A program made the position numbers and the translations under genes. Below are positions 1 through 10,078 of a DNA stretch of 64,000 bases, in pieces. The notes under the pieces are model-generated. The model did no database searches. It was given only the letters and a program-made list of their open reading frames with translations, and was not told where the DNA came from. This DNA is from Ignavibacteriales bacterium (GTDB lineage: Bacteria; Bacteroidota; Ignavibacteria; T3Sed10-11): assembly GCA_003568415.1 (NCBI GenBank), contig PWXV01000324.1:8736-72735 (forward strand). The letters are read 5' to 3'. How positions within the stretch are numbered: position 1 is the stretch's first letter; each line of letters opens with the position of its first letter.

Positions 1-2
1 GC

Positions 3-1151
3 TTGGTATATATCAATAAGGGTGAGACAGCAAAAGCGCTCGGTTTCCTCGGCGATGCGGAGCAAGCATTTGGCGGTGCATCAGATGATGACAAAATACG
101 TATAATGATCGGAAAGATACGATGCACACGCGCCCGTATTCGTAGAGCTCAGGGTTCGATTGAAGAAGCGATGAAAGATCTTGACGAAGGACTTCTTATG
201 TTAGGAGATGAAGGAAATTACAGGGAGCGCGGAGAAGCATATAACAATCTTGGAAATATTTATGTCGATCAGGGAGATTTCAATCGTGCCGTAGAACAAT
301 ATCAACAAAGTTTAAAACTCCGCGAGGAAGTGAGCGATCAGAAAGGGATTGCTGAAACGTATAATAATCTTGGTAATGTCTATTATGAAAAGGGTGATTA
401 TCGAAAAGCTGCAGAGATGTTCGAAAAGGGTCTTGAAATCACGCATAAAATTGGATTCAGGGTTGGTATCGCTGGCGGTTATAATAATCTCGGCACGACG
501 TATCATGATCTTGGAAATTATGAAGAAGCCCGGTCAATGCATGAGAAGAGTCTTGCGATCCGGGGAGAGATTGGCGATGTTCCCGGTATAGCAATGTCAT
601 TCCTGAATCTTGGTTTGGTTAATCAAGATCTTAATGAACTCGATACGGCACTGGTACAACTTGAGACAAGTCTTTCGATGCAAAAAGAGATGCAGGTGCG
701 TGTGTTGCAGGCATTGACGATTCTTTGGCAGGCCCATGTTCTATTAAAGCAGGGTAAATTTGACGAAGCCCGTCGGGCTGCCGAAGATGCCATCACTGAA
801 GCGCGTGAAACTAATCAGAAAGGAAACGTCGGTAAAGCCAAAAGAGTGCTGGCGATGATAAATCTTGAACGTTCGGAATCCGAAGATGATGCCGGCCGGC
901 ATGAACTAATGAATGAAGCACTGCATTGCTTGAATGAAAGTCTTGAAATACTTGAAAACGTGAAGATGGAACATGAGATCGGGAGGACATGCATTGAACT
1001 TGCACGTTTCCATTTTACCACCGGTATTACCGAGGAAGGTCGAACCTATATGGAAAGGGCTCGAAGTATCTTTAATACGTTGGGAGCATCGGGAGATTTA
1101 CGCAGAGTTGAAGAAATTGAATCGAAATTATTCCATAACAAAGGACAATAG
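3..1151 (+). CDS. Tetratricopeptide-repeat protein, 5'-truncated by the window edge
   Basis: Repeated A.AYNNLG.(I/V)Y...G.Y..A TPR units; the ORF is open at the left edge. Confidence 0.85.
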   Translation: MVYINKGETAKALGFLGDAEQAFGGASDDDKIRIMIGKIRCTRARIRRAQGSIEEAMKDLDEGLLMLGDEGNYRERGEAYNNLGNIYVDQGDFNRAVEQYQQSLKLREEVSDQKGIAETYNNLGNVYYEKGDYRKAAEMFEKGLEITHKIGFRVGIAGGYNNLGTTYHDLGNYEEARSMHEKSLAIRGEIGDVPGIAMSFLNLGLVNQDLNELDTALVQLETSLSMQKEMQVRVLQALTILWQAHVLLKQGKFDEARRAAEDAITEARETNQKGNVGKAKRVLAMINLERSESEDDAGRHELMNEALHCLNESLEILENVKMEHEIGRTCIELARFHFTTGITEEGRTYMERARSIFNTLGASGDLRRVEEIESKLFHNKGQ

Positions 1152-1153
1152 CT

Positions 1154-2902
1154 ATGACACCCGCTTCCGACATTGATACCAATCGTGATAATTGGATCGA
1201 AACACACTATCGTGGAAATTCAATGCCCGAGTTTACAGTGAAAGCTCTCATTACCGGTGGTCTGGTGGGGGCACTGCTTATGGGCTCGAATGTATATGTG
1301 GGATTAAAGACCGGATTTACCCCGGGAGGTTCGATCTTAGCCGCAATACTGAGTTTTATTATACTCCGTTCGTTAAAAACAAACTTCTCGATTCTTGAGA
1401 ATAATATCGCGCAGACGGTCGCCTCTGCCGCTGCTTCTATCGGAATTATTGTAGCTATACTTCCTGCCCTCATCATGTTGGGGCATGAATTTTTAATGTA
1501 TCAGATCTTCTTATGGCTATTGTCTGTATGTTTTTTGGGAGTTTTGTTTGCAGTCCCGCTCAGAAGGCAGACTATTGTTGCCGATAAGCTTCCTTTTCCG
1601 AGCGGAACCGCCTGCGCTACAACAATTACTGCAATGCACGCCGATGAAAAAGATGCCATAAAAAAGGGAAAAGTGCTCGGTCTCTCCGGCGCCTTTGCAG
1701 CGGTTATTATATGGTTAAGAGATGCAGTTCCCCAATTGATTCCTGCAAATACATTCCTACCCGGTAAAATATCGGGTATCGGTTTTAATCAGTTAATGGT
1801 TGGTATTAACTGGAGCCCGTTGTTTATTGGTGTTGGGATGTTGATCGGTCCCCGGATAGGTCTCAGTTTATTTCTTGGTGTCATTGCAGCCTGGGGAATA
1901 CTCAGTCCGATACTTGTGACAAACGGAGTCATCGAGACTGCATCGTATCCTGCACTCCGGGGGTGGACAATGTGGCCCGCGATCGGTATGATGGTAGCGG
2001 CAGGAATTACAACCATCGTAATAAAATGGAGAATCATTGTCCAGACATTCCGGTCTATGCGAAGTGCATCACTTACCTCTTCCGGAGGAATTGAATTCCC
2101 ATTTAGTATGTGGATGGCGGGAGTTATTCTCTTGTCGATTATTATGAGTATTCTTATGCAAAGCTTTTTTCAGATTCCTGTATGGATGACAATCATCGTC
2201 ATTCCTTTGGCTTTTATACTTACCTCCGTTGCTGTTCGCACATACGGTGAAACGGATATAAACCCTGTGGCGCCGATGGGATGGACAACACAGATCACGT
2301 TCGGCGCCCTTGCACCGGGAATCACTCTTACCAATGTCATTGGAGGCGGTATAACCGGGGCGACATCAAGTTCGGCTGGCGATATTATGGGCGATTTAAA
2401 GACCGGTCATTTGCTCGGTGCAACCCCGCGCAGACAAACCTATGCGCAATTCATCGGAGTGATTGTGGGTATATGTGTTGCACTCCCTGTATTTTCTCTT
2501 TTAACCTCTGTGTATACTGTGGGAGGAGATGAACTACCCGCGCCGGCGGGGGTATCATGGTCCGGTTTGGCAAGTGTTTTAGCAGAAGGATTCAGAGCGC
2601 TTCCTCCGTATTCAGACACAGGAGTGTATGCCGGTATTGTGCTGGGAGTACTTCTTACACTGGGAAGTAATTCAAAATTGAGAGGTATTCTCCCTTCACC
2701 TATAGGTATCGGTATCGCAATGATTCTCCCTGCAAGGTTCTCCCTTGCGATCGTTCTCGGATCAATGGTTGCAGTAGCTATAAAAAAAGCGGCTCCCGTT
2801 TGGTGGGAAAAGTACTCCATGTCCCTTGCATCGGGACTCATTGCAGGAGAAGCGGTGTTTGCTATTATCATTATTGTACTGCGAACCACCGGGGTGATAT
2901 AA
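1154..2902 (+). CDS. OPT-family oligopeptide transporter
   Basis: Many hydrophobic helices; motifs YVGLKTG, ENNIAQT, L.FPSGTA, GETDINP, DLKTGHLLGATPRRQ, LPAPAG. Confidence 0.9.
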   Translation: MTPASDIDTNRDNWIETHYRGNSMPEFTVKALITGGLVGALLMGSNVYVGLKTGFTPGGSILAAILSFIILRSLKTNFSILENNIAQTVASAAASIGIIVAILPALIMLGHEFLMYQIFLWLLSVCFLGVLFAVPLRRQTIVADKLPFPSGTACATTITAMHADEKDAIKKGKVLGLSGAFAAVIIWLRDAVPQLIPANTFLPGKISGIGFNQLMVGINWSPLFIGVGMLIGPRIGLSLFLGVIAAWGILSPILVTNGVIETASYPALRGWTMWPAIGMMVAAGITTIVIKWRIIVQTFRSMRSASLTSSGGIEFPFSMWMAGVILLSIIMSILMQSFFQIPVWMTIIVIPLAFILTSVAVRTYGETDINPVAPMGWTTQITFGALAPGITLTNVIGGGITGATSSSAGDIMGDLKTGHLLGATPRRQTYAQFIGVIVGICVALPVFSLLTSVYTVGGDELPAPAGVSWSGLASVLAEGFRALPPYSDTGVYAGIVLGVLLTLGSNSKLRGILPSPIGIGIAMILPARFSLAIVLGSMVAVAIKKAAPVWWEKYSMSLASGLIAGEAVFAIIIIVLRTTGVI

Positions 2903-3174
2903 TTAATTATCACTGTAATGACATATCGAAAAATTTTATAAACTCCTGATCCCACTTTTCCGCATGAGCGGAGACCCCGCAAACAGCACGGGGCAGGTAG
3001 GGGCGGGCGATGAGGCTCCTGGCGGACTATTGGATCCATTTCATTAGCATCCCCGACGAGCTGGAGTAGGTGTATATCGGTTTTTCAGCAAGAACTCCGC
3101 ACGTAATTTTTATTTACCCCCGCCTGCTTTCTATAAAAACTCGCACCGGAAAGATGGCCAAAGCATCATTACCT

Positions 3175-3222
3175 ACCACTCCATCATTCCATTATTCCAC
3201 CACTCCATCACCCTACAATACC
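3175..3222. repeat. Degenerate 8-bp tandem repeat, about 6 units
   Basis: accactcc atcattcc attattcc accactcc atcaccct acaatacc. Confidence 0.6.
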
Positions 3223-3232
3223 ATTTCATTCA

Positions 3233-3261
3233 TTGACTTATTTTTAAAATAATTGTATGTT
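3233..3261 (+). promoter_or_regulatory. Putative sigma70-type promoter of maeB
   Basis: TTGACT-N17-TATGTT about 130 nt upstream of the ATG. Confidence 0.4.
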
Positions 3262-3389
3262 TGTATAAGAATCATTTTTATCCCTGGTAGCTGTCTTCCA
3301 GCCACAATTCATTTAAAAAGTTTGATTCCCCATGTATTTTTCTCTTCTATAATATACTTGCCAACCGCATATGAAAAAAGGAGTAACCC

Positions 3390-5648
3390 ATGAGCTCAAA
3401 GAAGGAAGCATTAGAATACCACAGTCTGGGACGCCGCGGTAAAATCGAGGTAGTTCCAACAAAACCATGTTCAACACAACGTGATCTTTCACTTGCATAT
3501 ACTCCCGGTGTTGCCGAACCTTGCCGTGAAATACACAAGAACCCGGACGATGCGTTTACCTATACGGCGCGGGGTAATCTTGTGGCGGTGATCTCGAACG
3601 GCACTGCCGTACTCGGACTCGGCAATATCGGTGCACTGGCCGGTAAACCCGTTATGGAGGGTAAGGGAGTATTGTTTAAACGGTTTGCTGACATCGATGT
3701 CTTTGATATTGAGATCGATACCGAAGATAAGGATGAAATCGTCAAAACGGTAAAACTACTCGAACCGACCTTCGGCGGTATTAACCTTGAAGACATCAAA
3801 GCACCCGAATGTTTTTACATCGAGGAAAAGTTAAAGGAGATGATGGACATTCCGGTGTTCCATGATGATCAACACGGTACCGCCATTATATCCGGTGCTG
3901 CACTGCTCAATGCACTTGAACTTGCGGGTAAAAAACTTAAAGATGTTAAGGTAGTATTTAACGGTGCCGGCGCATCGGGTATCGCATGTGCAAAGTTCTA
4001 CGTAAGTCTTGGTGTGGATCAGAAAAATATTATTTTGTGTGACAGCAAAGGAGTTGTTTACAAAGGAAGAAAAGAAGGGATGAATCCATACAAAGAGGAG
4101 TTTGCCGTCGATACAAAATTACGTACACTTGAGGAAGTGATGAAAGGTGCCGATGTGTTTGTCGGCCTGTCACAGGGTAATGTTGTTTCGCAGGAAATGG
4201 TAAAGTCAATGGCCGATAGACCGATAGTTTTTGCAATGGCAAATCCCGACCCGGAGATTACCTACGATGATGCCGTTGCTGCCCGTCCGGATATTATTAT
4301 GGCAACCGGTCGGTCCGATTTCCCGAATCAGGTAAATAACGTGCTCGGTTTTCCGTTTATCTTCCGCGGAGCGCTCGATGTTCGTGCCCGTGCAATAAAT
4401 GAAGAAATGAAACTTGCCGCCGCCTATGCCCTTGCTGATCTCGCGAAGCAGGATGTTCCCGATACGGTGAGCAAAGCATACGGTGTCGAGCATTTTCGTT
4501 TCGGACCGGAATACATTATTCCCAAACCGGTAGATTATCGCGTGTTGCTTTATGTAGCCCCGGCTGTTGCGAAAGCCGCTGTCGATACAGGAGTTGCACG
4601 TGTTCAGATCGATATGGAGCGATACCGGGATAAACTTGAACAGAGGCTCGGTAAATCCCGACAGGTCATGCGGATGATGATCAACAAGGCGGGACTCAAT
4701 CCGAAACGAATCGTATTCCCCGAAGGGATTAATGGAAAAATACTCCGTGCAAGCCACATCATTCGTGAGGAAAAAATAGGATATCCGATCCTGCTCGGCA
4801 AAGAGGAGAATGTTCGTGAAGCGGCCGCAGAATTGGATGTCGACTTGGAACAATCGGAGATTGTCCATCCGACGACATCACCGAAGTTCGATGAATATGT
4901 CGAAGAGTTATATAAACTCAGACAGCGGAAAGGTATCACCCGCGAGGAAGCACGTCAACTCATGCGTACACCGACAGTGTACGGAGCGATGATGGTGCGG
5001 ATGGGCGATGCCGATGCACTCGTTTCGGGTGTTACCATGCACTATCCGGAAACCATTCGTCCGGCATTACAGATTGTCGGGATACGTGAAAACGTTTCAA
5101 AGGTATCGGGCTTGTATATCATGGTCATAAAGAATGATGTCTATTTCTTTGCCGATGCAACCGTAAATATCGAGCCGACCGATGAGGAACTTGCCGAGAT
5201 CGCGATTATGTCGGCAGCGATGGCGCGGCGTTTCGATATCGAACCGCGTGTGGCGATGCTGTCATTCTCGAACTTCGGCAGCGCCCGGCATCATCTTGTC
5301 GATAAAGTGCAGCGGGCGACGAAGATCGTGAAGCAGCGGGCGCCGGAGTTGATCGTCGACGGAGAGATGCAGGCGGATACCGCGGTCGTGCCGGAGCTGT
5401 TAAATGAGATCTATCCGTTCAATACGTTGAACGGGAGTGCAAATGTGCTCGTGTTCCCCGACCTCGAAGCGGGCAACGTTGCCTACAAGTTGCTGCAGCG
5501 TCTCGGCGGCGCCGAAGCGATCGGTCCGATCCTGATGGGTATGAAGAAACCCGTTCACGTATTGCAGCACGGTTCGGAGGTTACTGATGTCGTCAACATG
5601 GCTGCGATTGCCGTTGTCGAAGCACAGGAACTTGCCAACGAGAAGTAA
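3390..5648 (+). CDS. maeB: NADP-dependent malic enzyme with C-terminal phosphotransacetylase-like domain
   Basis: [46 protein letters not shown]; PTA-like tail DGEMQAD/GPILMG; AAGGAG RBS. Confidence 0.95.
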   Translation: MSSKKEALEYHSLGRRGKIEVVPTKPCSTQRDLSLAYTPGVAEPCREIHKNPDDAFTYTARGNLVAVISNGTAVLGLGNIGALAGKPVMEGKGVLFKRFADIDVFDIEIDTEDKDEIVKTVKLLEPTFGGINLEDIKAPECFYIEEKLKEMMDIPVFHDDQHGTAIISGAALLNALELAGKKLKDVKVVFNGAGASGIACAKFYVSLGVDQKNIILCDSKGVVYKGRKEGMNPYKEEFAVDTKLRTLEEVMKGADVFVGLSQGNVVSQEMVKSMADRPIVFAMANPDPEITYDDAVAARPDIIMATGRSDFPNQVNNVLGFPFIFRGALDVRARAINEEMKLAAAYALADLAKQDVPDTVSKAYGVEHFRFGPEYIIPKPVDYRVLLYVAPAVAKAAVDTGVARVQIDMERYRDKLEQRLGKSRQVMRMMINKAGLNPKRIVFPEGINGKILRASHIIREEKIGYPILLGKEENVREAAAELDVDLEQSEIVHPTTSPKFDEYVEELYKLRQRKGITREEARQLMRTPTVYGAMMVRMGDADALVSGVTMHYPETIRPALQIVGIRENVSKVSGLYIMVIKNDVYFFADATVNIEPTDEELAEIAIMSAAMARRFDIEPRVAMLSFSNFGSARHHLVDKVQRATKIVKQRAPELIVDGEMQADTAVVPELLNEIYPFNTLNGSANVLVFPDLEAGNVAYKLLQRLGGAEAIGPILMGMKKPVHVLQHGSEVTDVVNMAAIAVVEAQELANEK

Positions 5649-5669
5649 CGTATAAAAGAAGAATAATAG

Positions 5670-5708
5670 AAACCGCAGACCGTCCCGTTTCCGGTCTGCG
5701 GTTTTTTT
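5670..5708 (+). terminator. Rho-independent terminator after maeB
   Basis: aaaccgcagaccg-9nt-cggtctgcggttt stem followed by a T run. Confidence 0.85.
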
Positions 5709-5848
5709 ATGCCGGCCGAATTCAACCGCAGTTGGATTAATCTACCGACGCTGCTTTTTAGCCCAGGTAGACACCACCCTGCTTGTGTGCGTATATAGAC
5801 CGGAGACAAAGGTAACACTTTTTATGCTCAATATTGATTTTACCCGAA

Positions 5849-5882
5849 ACATTGAGTAAAATTACTCAGTACATTGAGTAAT
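5849..5882. promoter_or_regulatory. Putative operator with three TGAGTAA half-sites in alternating orientation
   Basis: acattgagtaa-aa-ttactcagt-acattgagtaat, ending about 15 nt before the Clp1-like ATG. Confidence 0.5.
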
Positions 5883-5896
5883 TTGCATAACATCCT

Positions 5897-7051
5897 ATGC
5901 CGCACCGTTCATCTCTGAAAGCCAATATAATACTCGAAGAAAAGGATGTGTTAAACATCAAAGGACCCGCTGCATTCGAATGCAAGGGTGAAGCACATAT
6001 CCTCGGTGTACCGGTGGGTGACCGGGAGTTGTCCATCAGAGGAGATATACAGATTCCGGTAGAAACCGGCTCTCAATGTCACATCGCCGTTCACGCGGCG
6101 CAAAGTGTGCAGGTTTCGAACAGACATTCGAGCGGTACATTCATATGGCGGGATACGGTACAACATATTCTCGATGCATCTCCCCGGTCCGTTGCGATAA
6201 TCGGAAAGAACGATACCGGTAAGTCCACCTTCTCCGTGTATCTGGCCAATGAACTGATCAGTGCCGGCGGGCGTGCGGTACTGATCGATTCCGATATAGG
6301 ACAGGGTGACCTTGCTGCGCCAACCTGCATCGGCGGTGTTTTACGATATAAGCCATTGCTCAGCGGACGACTGGTGAAACCGCACCGCTGGGGTTTCATT
6401 GGTAGAACATCGCCGCATGAAGTCGAAGACCTGATTATTAAAACAATATGTCAGATTGAAAAGGGATTTTCGAAAGGTACGCGCCTCATTAACACCGATG
6501 GCTATGTCGATGTCGACGGACCCGGTTTTGAATACAAAAGAAAATTGATCGATTCGACCGGGCCGGATATCATTTGTGTACCCGGCAATACTGAGATATA
6601 TAAAAATTTCTCCGAATTGTACGGTGATAGAGTGCTTTCGGTTCCGGCGCCCGATATACCGTGGCGAACGCCCGCCATGCGCCGGGAAAAACGGTTGAAG
6701 CAGTTCCGCCGCTTTTTAAGAAATGCCGGATACCGGACGATTGCTCTGGATGATATGCATTTCTGGTATAAGGGAAGGTTTTGCAGTGTTGATGAAATAC
6801 CCGGTCCGTTGCTGCACCGGTTCGCCGGACTTACCGTTACGACAGATCGCGAACGGAAGATGGTAAACGATTCACCGGTTAGTATTGAACGGCGTCTGGG
6901 AGAAATAGGGATCGGGGTGATCAGATCGGTAGATGAGGAAACCCAAACGGTGTCAATTCAGAGCCGTTATACCGGCGATTTTGATACGATTCTTCTCGGT
7001 GCAATTAGATTCGATATGAGTCTTTCAAGAGCGGAGAGTATTGAGTGCTAA
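5897..7051 (+). CDS. Clp1/Grc3/NOL9-family polynucleotide 5'-hydroxyl kinase
   Basis: Walker A GKNDTGKST, Walker B DSDIGQ, clasp INTDGY, Arg-rich lid RTPAMRREKR. Confidence 0.8.
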   Translation: MPHRSSLKANIILEEKDVLNIKGPAAFECKGEAHILGVPVGDRELSIRGDIQIPVETGSQCHIAVHAAQSVQVSNRHSSGTFIWRDTVQHILDASPRSVAIIGKNDTGKSTFSVYLANELISAGGRAVLIDSDIGQGDLAAPTCIGGVLRYKPLLSGRLVKPHRWGFIGRTSPHEVEDLIIKTICQIEKGFSKGTRLINTDGYVDVDGPGFEYKRKLIDSTGPDIICVPGNTEIYKNFSELYGDRVLSVPAPDIPWRTPAMRREKRLKQFRRFLRNAGYRTIALDDMHFWYKGRFCSVDEIPGPLLHRFAGLTVTTDRERKMVNDSPVSIERRLGEIGIGVIRSVDEETQTVSIQSRYTGDFDTILLGAIRFDMSLSRAESIEC

Positions 7052-7069
7052 CGCTGAACTGAGGAAAAA

Positions 7070-10000
7070 TTACACGCCGATCATCACAAATCCGCTCCAG
7101 AAAATGGGTAGTGCCGTATCATCCTGTTCAATCATACGTAATTTTGTGTTTCGCAGCGCTTCGGTGTAGGTCTCTCCTTGCAGAACGTGCCGGTAGAATT
7201 CCTCCATAAGATCGGCGGTGTGGCGGTCGGTTACTTTCCATAGAGAGACAAGCAGATTGCGGGCGCCGGCGTGGATAAATCCGCGTGTGAGTGACATGAT
7301 CCCCTCGCCGCGCTGTAGTGTTCCGACTCCGCTTTCGCAACTGCTCAGTACAACGAGATCACTATCGAGATTAAGTCCGTATATTTCTCCCGCGAAAAGA
7401 ATATCACGTTCTCCCTCGATATCGGAATAATCGCCTGGTGAGAATAGCACTCCCGACAGCATCGGTTCCTCTTCGTTAAAGAAACCGTGGCTTGCAATGT
7501 GGATGTGCGTATACTCTTCGGCTGTAGCGAGAAAATTTTCCTTTGTCGCATCTGAATGATAGAAACCGGCAGTCCGATGATCTTCCATGCCGAACAGATT
7601 GACAATTGCATGTACCTCTTCTTCACTATGCGGCAGGTCGGGAAACCATGCAAGTGAGAATTCCCGGGTAGGCTGCTCAGCACTATCCCGTGCGTATGCA
7701 AGATTCACGGGACGTGCGTTTTCATCACGGTCTGTTGTGAAGACAGGAGCGAATCCGGCAAACCGCGGTTGCGGTGTTCTGGTAATCGTATCACGCTCCT
7801 GTTCGAGTTTGTATACAGCGAGCTTCGATGAATAATTATAGGTGATAGAATATTCCTGTATCAGATACTGAAGCGAAGAGAATGATATGTTCCGGTAATC
7901 GTCATAAACCGCTTCGCTAATAAGTGTTTCGAACGGAAGATGATGCAGTGCTCCGTCGGGAATAATCACCAGTTTATCGCGGGATTCGATTAACGGCAAT
8001 GCCGGTTCGATCAACTGTGTATATAATTCTGTGCTAACGTTTATAAAATCCTGCGGGTTAACGAGGCGGATAGACCGTCGCAGTCTGTTTGTGAAATCCT
8101 CTATTTGCTCAGACGGGGCGAGCTTAATAATTGAATACTCTTTATCGTTCATGACAAACAAAAAGCTATTTTTCCCCCCGAGATGGAATTGCAGAAGAGC
8201 GGTATTCTCATCGAGCACATTCTGCGTTTGAGAGATTGACGGTGAAGAGATATCGTGTTTAAGTGCAAAATACCGGGGATATTCCTGTTCGAGTTCGGTA
8301 ATGAAACTCCGGTACTTCATCAACGAGTCGAAATAATTTTCACGAATCGTTTGATAGTTGTCCGAATCGGATCGTGTCCGTTGATACCGCATTCGTGTCT
8401 GAATAAGCTGCCGGTGAATTTCCTGTTCTTTATCCAGTTTTTCATCGGGTATGCCGGCAAACGAACGCGCTCGTGAGTCGATTATCGATTCCCACAGAAG
8501 CAATGCCCGGGAATGTTCGGCAAAGGTAAAGGCATCTTGCACATACTGAGGTTCGCCGCTTGCTTCGTAAAGCAGGAATAATGTGTTGACCGCTTCATCG
8601 AAAATGTCCGCGCTGAAATCGCTCAATAAAAGCTTCGACTGTTCTGCTGTATAGGTATTACGTAATAGATCGGTGACATGCCTTGCCGTATGATATAACG
8701 GTATCGCAGCGTATAACGGTTCAAGGTTCCCGGGTGTGTCTGCATACATATTGTGATATAATTGTGCTTTCTCTGCCAACGCGTTCAGCAAACTTCTGTT
8801 TATAATAGACCGGTCATAGATAGAATGATCATGGACATCCATGCTATCGAAACCCGGCACCAGTGAAGCGATCGCCTTCCGGTAGTTAATCAATGCATTA
8901 TCATAATCTTGCATCGAGCGGTACGTGTTACCGACATAAATATACGAGTCGGCGGTTTGCGTAGAATGTTCACCGAATATCTGCAGCCGTTGCTCTATGG
9001 CATCGCCCAAAAACGCGAGTGCTTTATCATAGTGACCGGTTTTTTTATAGACGACACCGATGTTATTCAGGCTTTGTGCAATATCCGGATGGACATTGCC
9101 GAGAATTTCCCGCCGCATTTCGAGCGATTCAGTGAGATATGCTAATGCGGAATCATAATCGCCGGCGCTCCGGTACGTTACACCGATATTGTTTAAAACC
9201 AGTGCAATGCTTATATCTTTTTCACCATATACCGATCGCCTGATATCGAGAGCTTTTTTATAATACTTGATTGCTTCTTCTTCCATCTCCTTGCTTGAAT
9301 ATATTACCCCGATATTCATGTAGTTGTCGGCTGTTAGCCGGTGTTCTTCACCCTGTGTGGCCAGACGTATTGCAAGCGCTTGATGGTAATACTCAAGCGC
9401 CGCGTCGTAATCGCCCCGTTGCCGTGCGACGATGCCCAGGTTATTGTACGATGATGCAACATCCGGATGTTCCTCTCCGAGGAGCGATATTCTCATAGCA
9501 AGACTTTTGCTATAGTTTATAACTGCCTCGTCGTAGTGGTCCATCACGCTGTAAAAAGAACCGCGTAAATTATAGCTGTCGGCAATCCGTTCATGTTTTT
9601 TACCAAATGCTGCTTCCCGGTGGGTAATAGACTTATTTATATATACCATTCCGGAATCGTAATCGCCGAGGATAAATTTGGTGAGGGCCAGAAAGTAATA
9701 CGATTCTCCGATACGGGGATCATTATCGGGAAGAAATTTTACCCGCAGATTGAGTGCCTGTTTCTGGTATTTCTTTGCAGTTTGAAATTCACGTGCGCTG
9801 CGATAATGCTGGCCAACGCTAAAATACGCATCGGCCATAGAGATATGCGCAGAATCGTAGTAATCGGTATGTGTTTCAAACTTTTTGAGGAGTGAACTGC
9901 ATTGTTCCAGATAATGGGCGGCACTGTCGAGTTGTTCCTCACGGGCAAATTCTTTTACCTGATCGATCAACGTGAAAAACTTCTCATTTGGATCTCCTTT

Positions 10001-10078
10001 AATTGAGGAGGCAGGAGATGCGGCAATGAGAAGAAGCAGTCCACTGATAGCTATATATACAAAACCACTGAACTTCAT
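7070..10078 (-). CDS. CHAT-domain (caspase-like) protease with TPR repeats and an N-terminal signal peptide
   Basis: HPD.A.SYNNLG TPR units; LVIIPDGALHHLPFE; catalytic HIASHG and VVLSSCESG; VSLWKV.D; PIFWSGFV. Confidence 0.9.
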   Translation of the reverse strand: MKFSGFVYIAISGLLLLIAASPASSIKGDPNEKFFTLIDQVKEFAREEQLDSAAHYLEQCSSLLKKFETHTDYYDSAHISMADAYFSVGQHYRSAREFQTAKKYQKQALNLRVKFLPDNDPRIGESYYFLALTKFILGDYDSGMVYINKSITHREAAFGKKHERIADSYNLRGSFYSVMDHYDEAVINYSKSLAMRISLLGEEHPDVASSYNNLGIVARQRGDYDAALEYYHQALAIRLATQGEEHRLTADNYMNIGVIYSSKEMEEEAIKYYKKALDIRRSVYGEKDISIALVLNNIGVTYRSAGDYDSALAYLTESLEMRREILGNVHPDIAQSLNNIGVVYKKTGHYDKALAFLGDAIEQRLQIFGEHSTQTADSYIYVGNTYRSMQDYDNALINYRKAIASLVPGFDSMDVHDHSIYDRSIINRSLLNALAEKAQLYHNMYADTPGNLEPLYAAIPLYHTARHVTDLLRNTYTAEQSKLLLSDFSADIFDEAVNTLFLLYEASGEPQYVQDAFTFAEHSRALLLWESIIDSRARSFAGIPDEKLDKEQEIHRQLIQTRMRYQRTRSDSDNYQTIRENYFDSLMKYRSFITELEQEYPRYFALKHDISSPSISQTQNVLDENTALLQFHLGGKNSFLFVMNDKEYSIIKLAPSEQIEDFTNRLRRSIRLVNPQDFINVSTELYTQLIEPALPLIESRDKLVIIPDGALHHLPFETLISEAVYDDYRNISFSSLQYLIQEYSITYNYSSKLAVYKLEQERDTITRTPQPRFAGFAPVFTTDRDENARPVNLAYARDSAEQPTREFSLAWFPDLPHSEEEVHAIVNLFGMEDHRTAGFYHSDATKENFLATAEEYTHIHIASHGFFNEEEPMLSGVLFSPGDYSDIEGERDILFAGEIYGLNLDSDLVVLSSCESGVGTLQRGEGIMSLTRGFIHAGARNLLVSLWKVTDRHTADLMEEFYRHVLQGETYTEALRNTKLRMIEQDDTALPIFWSGFVMIGV

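Noticed and set aside
2440-3039. 199-aa antisense ORF and other long shadow ORFs (e.g. 4206-4868, 52932-53471, 59634-60158)
   Set aside because: They lie opposite well-supported genes and have no motifs or RBS
2955-3153. 6S RNA call
   Set aside because: The size fits, but I could not trace a continuous rod with a central bubble; kept only as an unidentified structured region
5160-5580. Apparent GC rise in the 3' part of maeB suggesting recombination
   Set aside because: A visual impression only; the protein is continuous and I could not quantify it
5897-10078. Clp1 kinase plus CHAT protease as a single defence system
   Set aside because: The genes are convergent, the CHAT protein looks exported, and only adjacency links them
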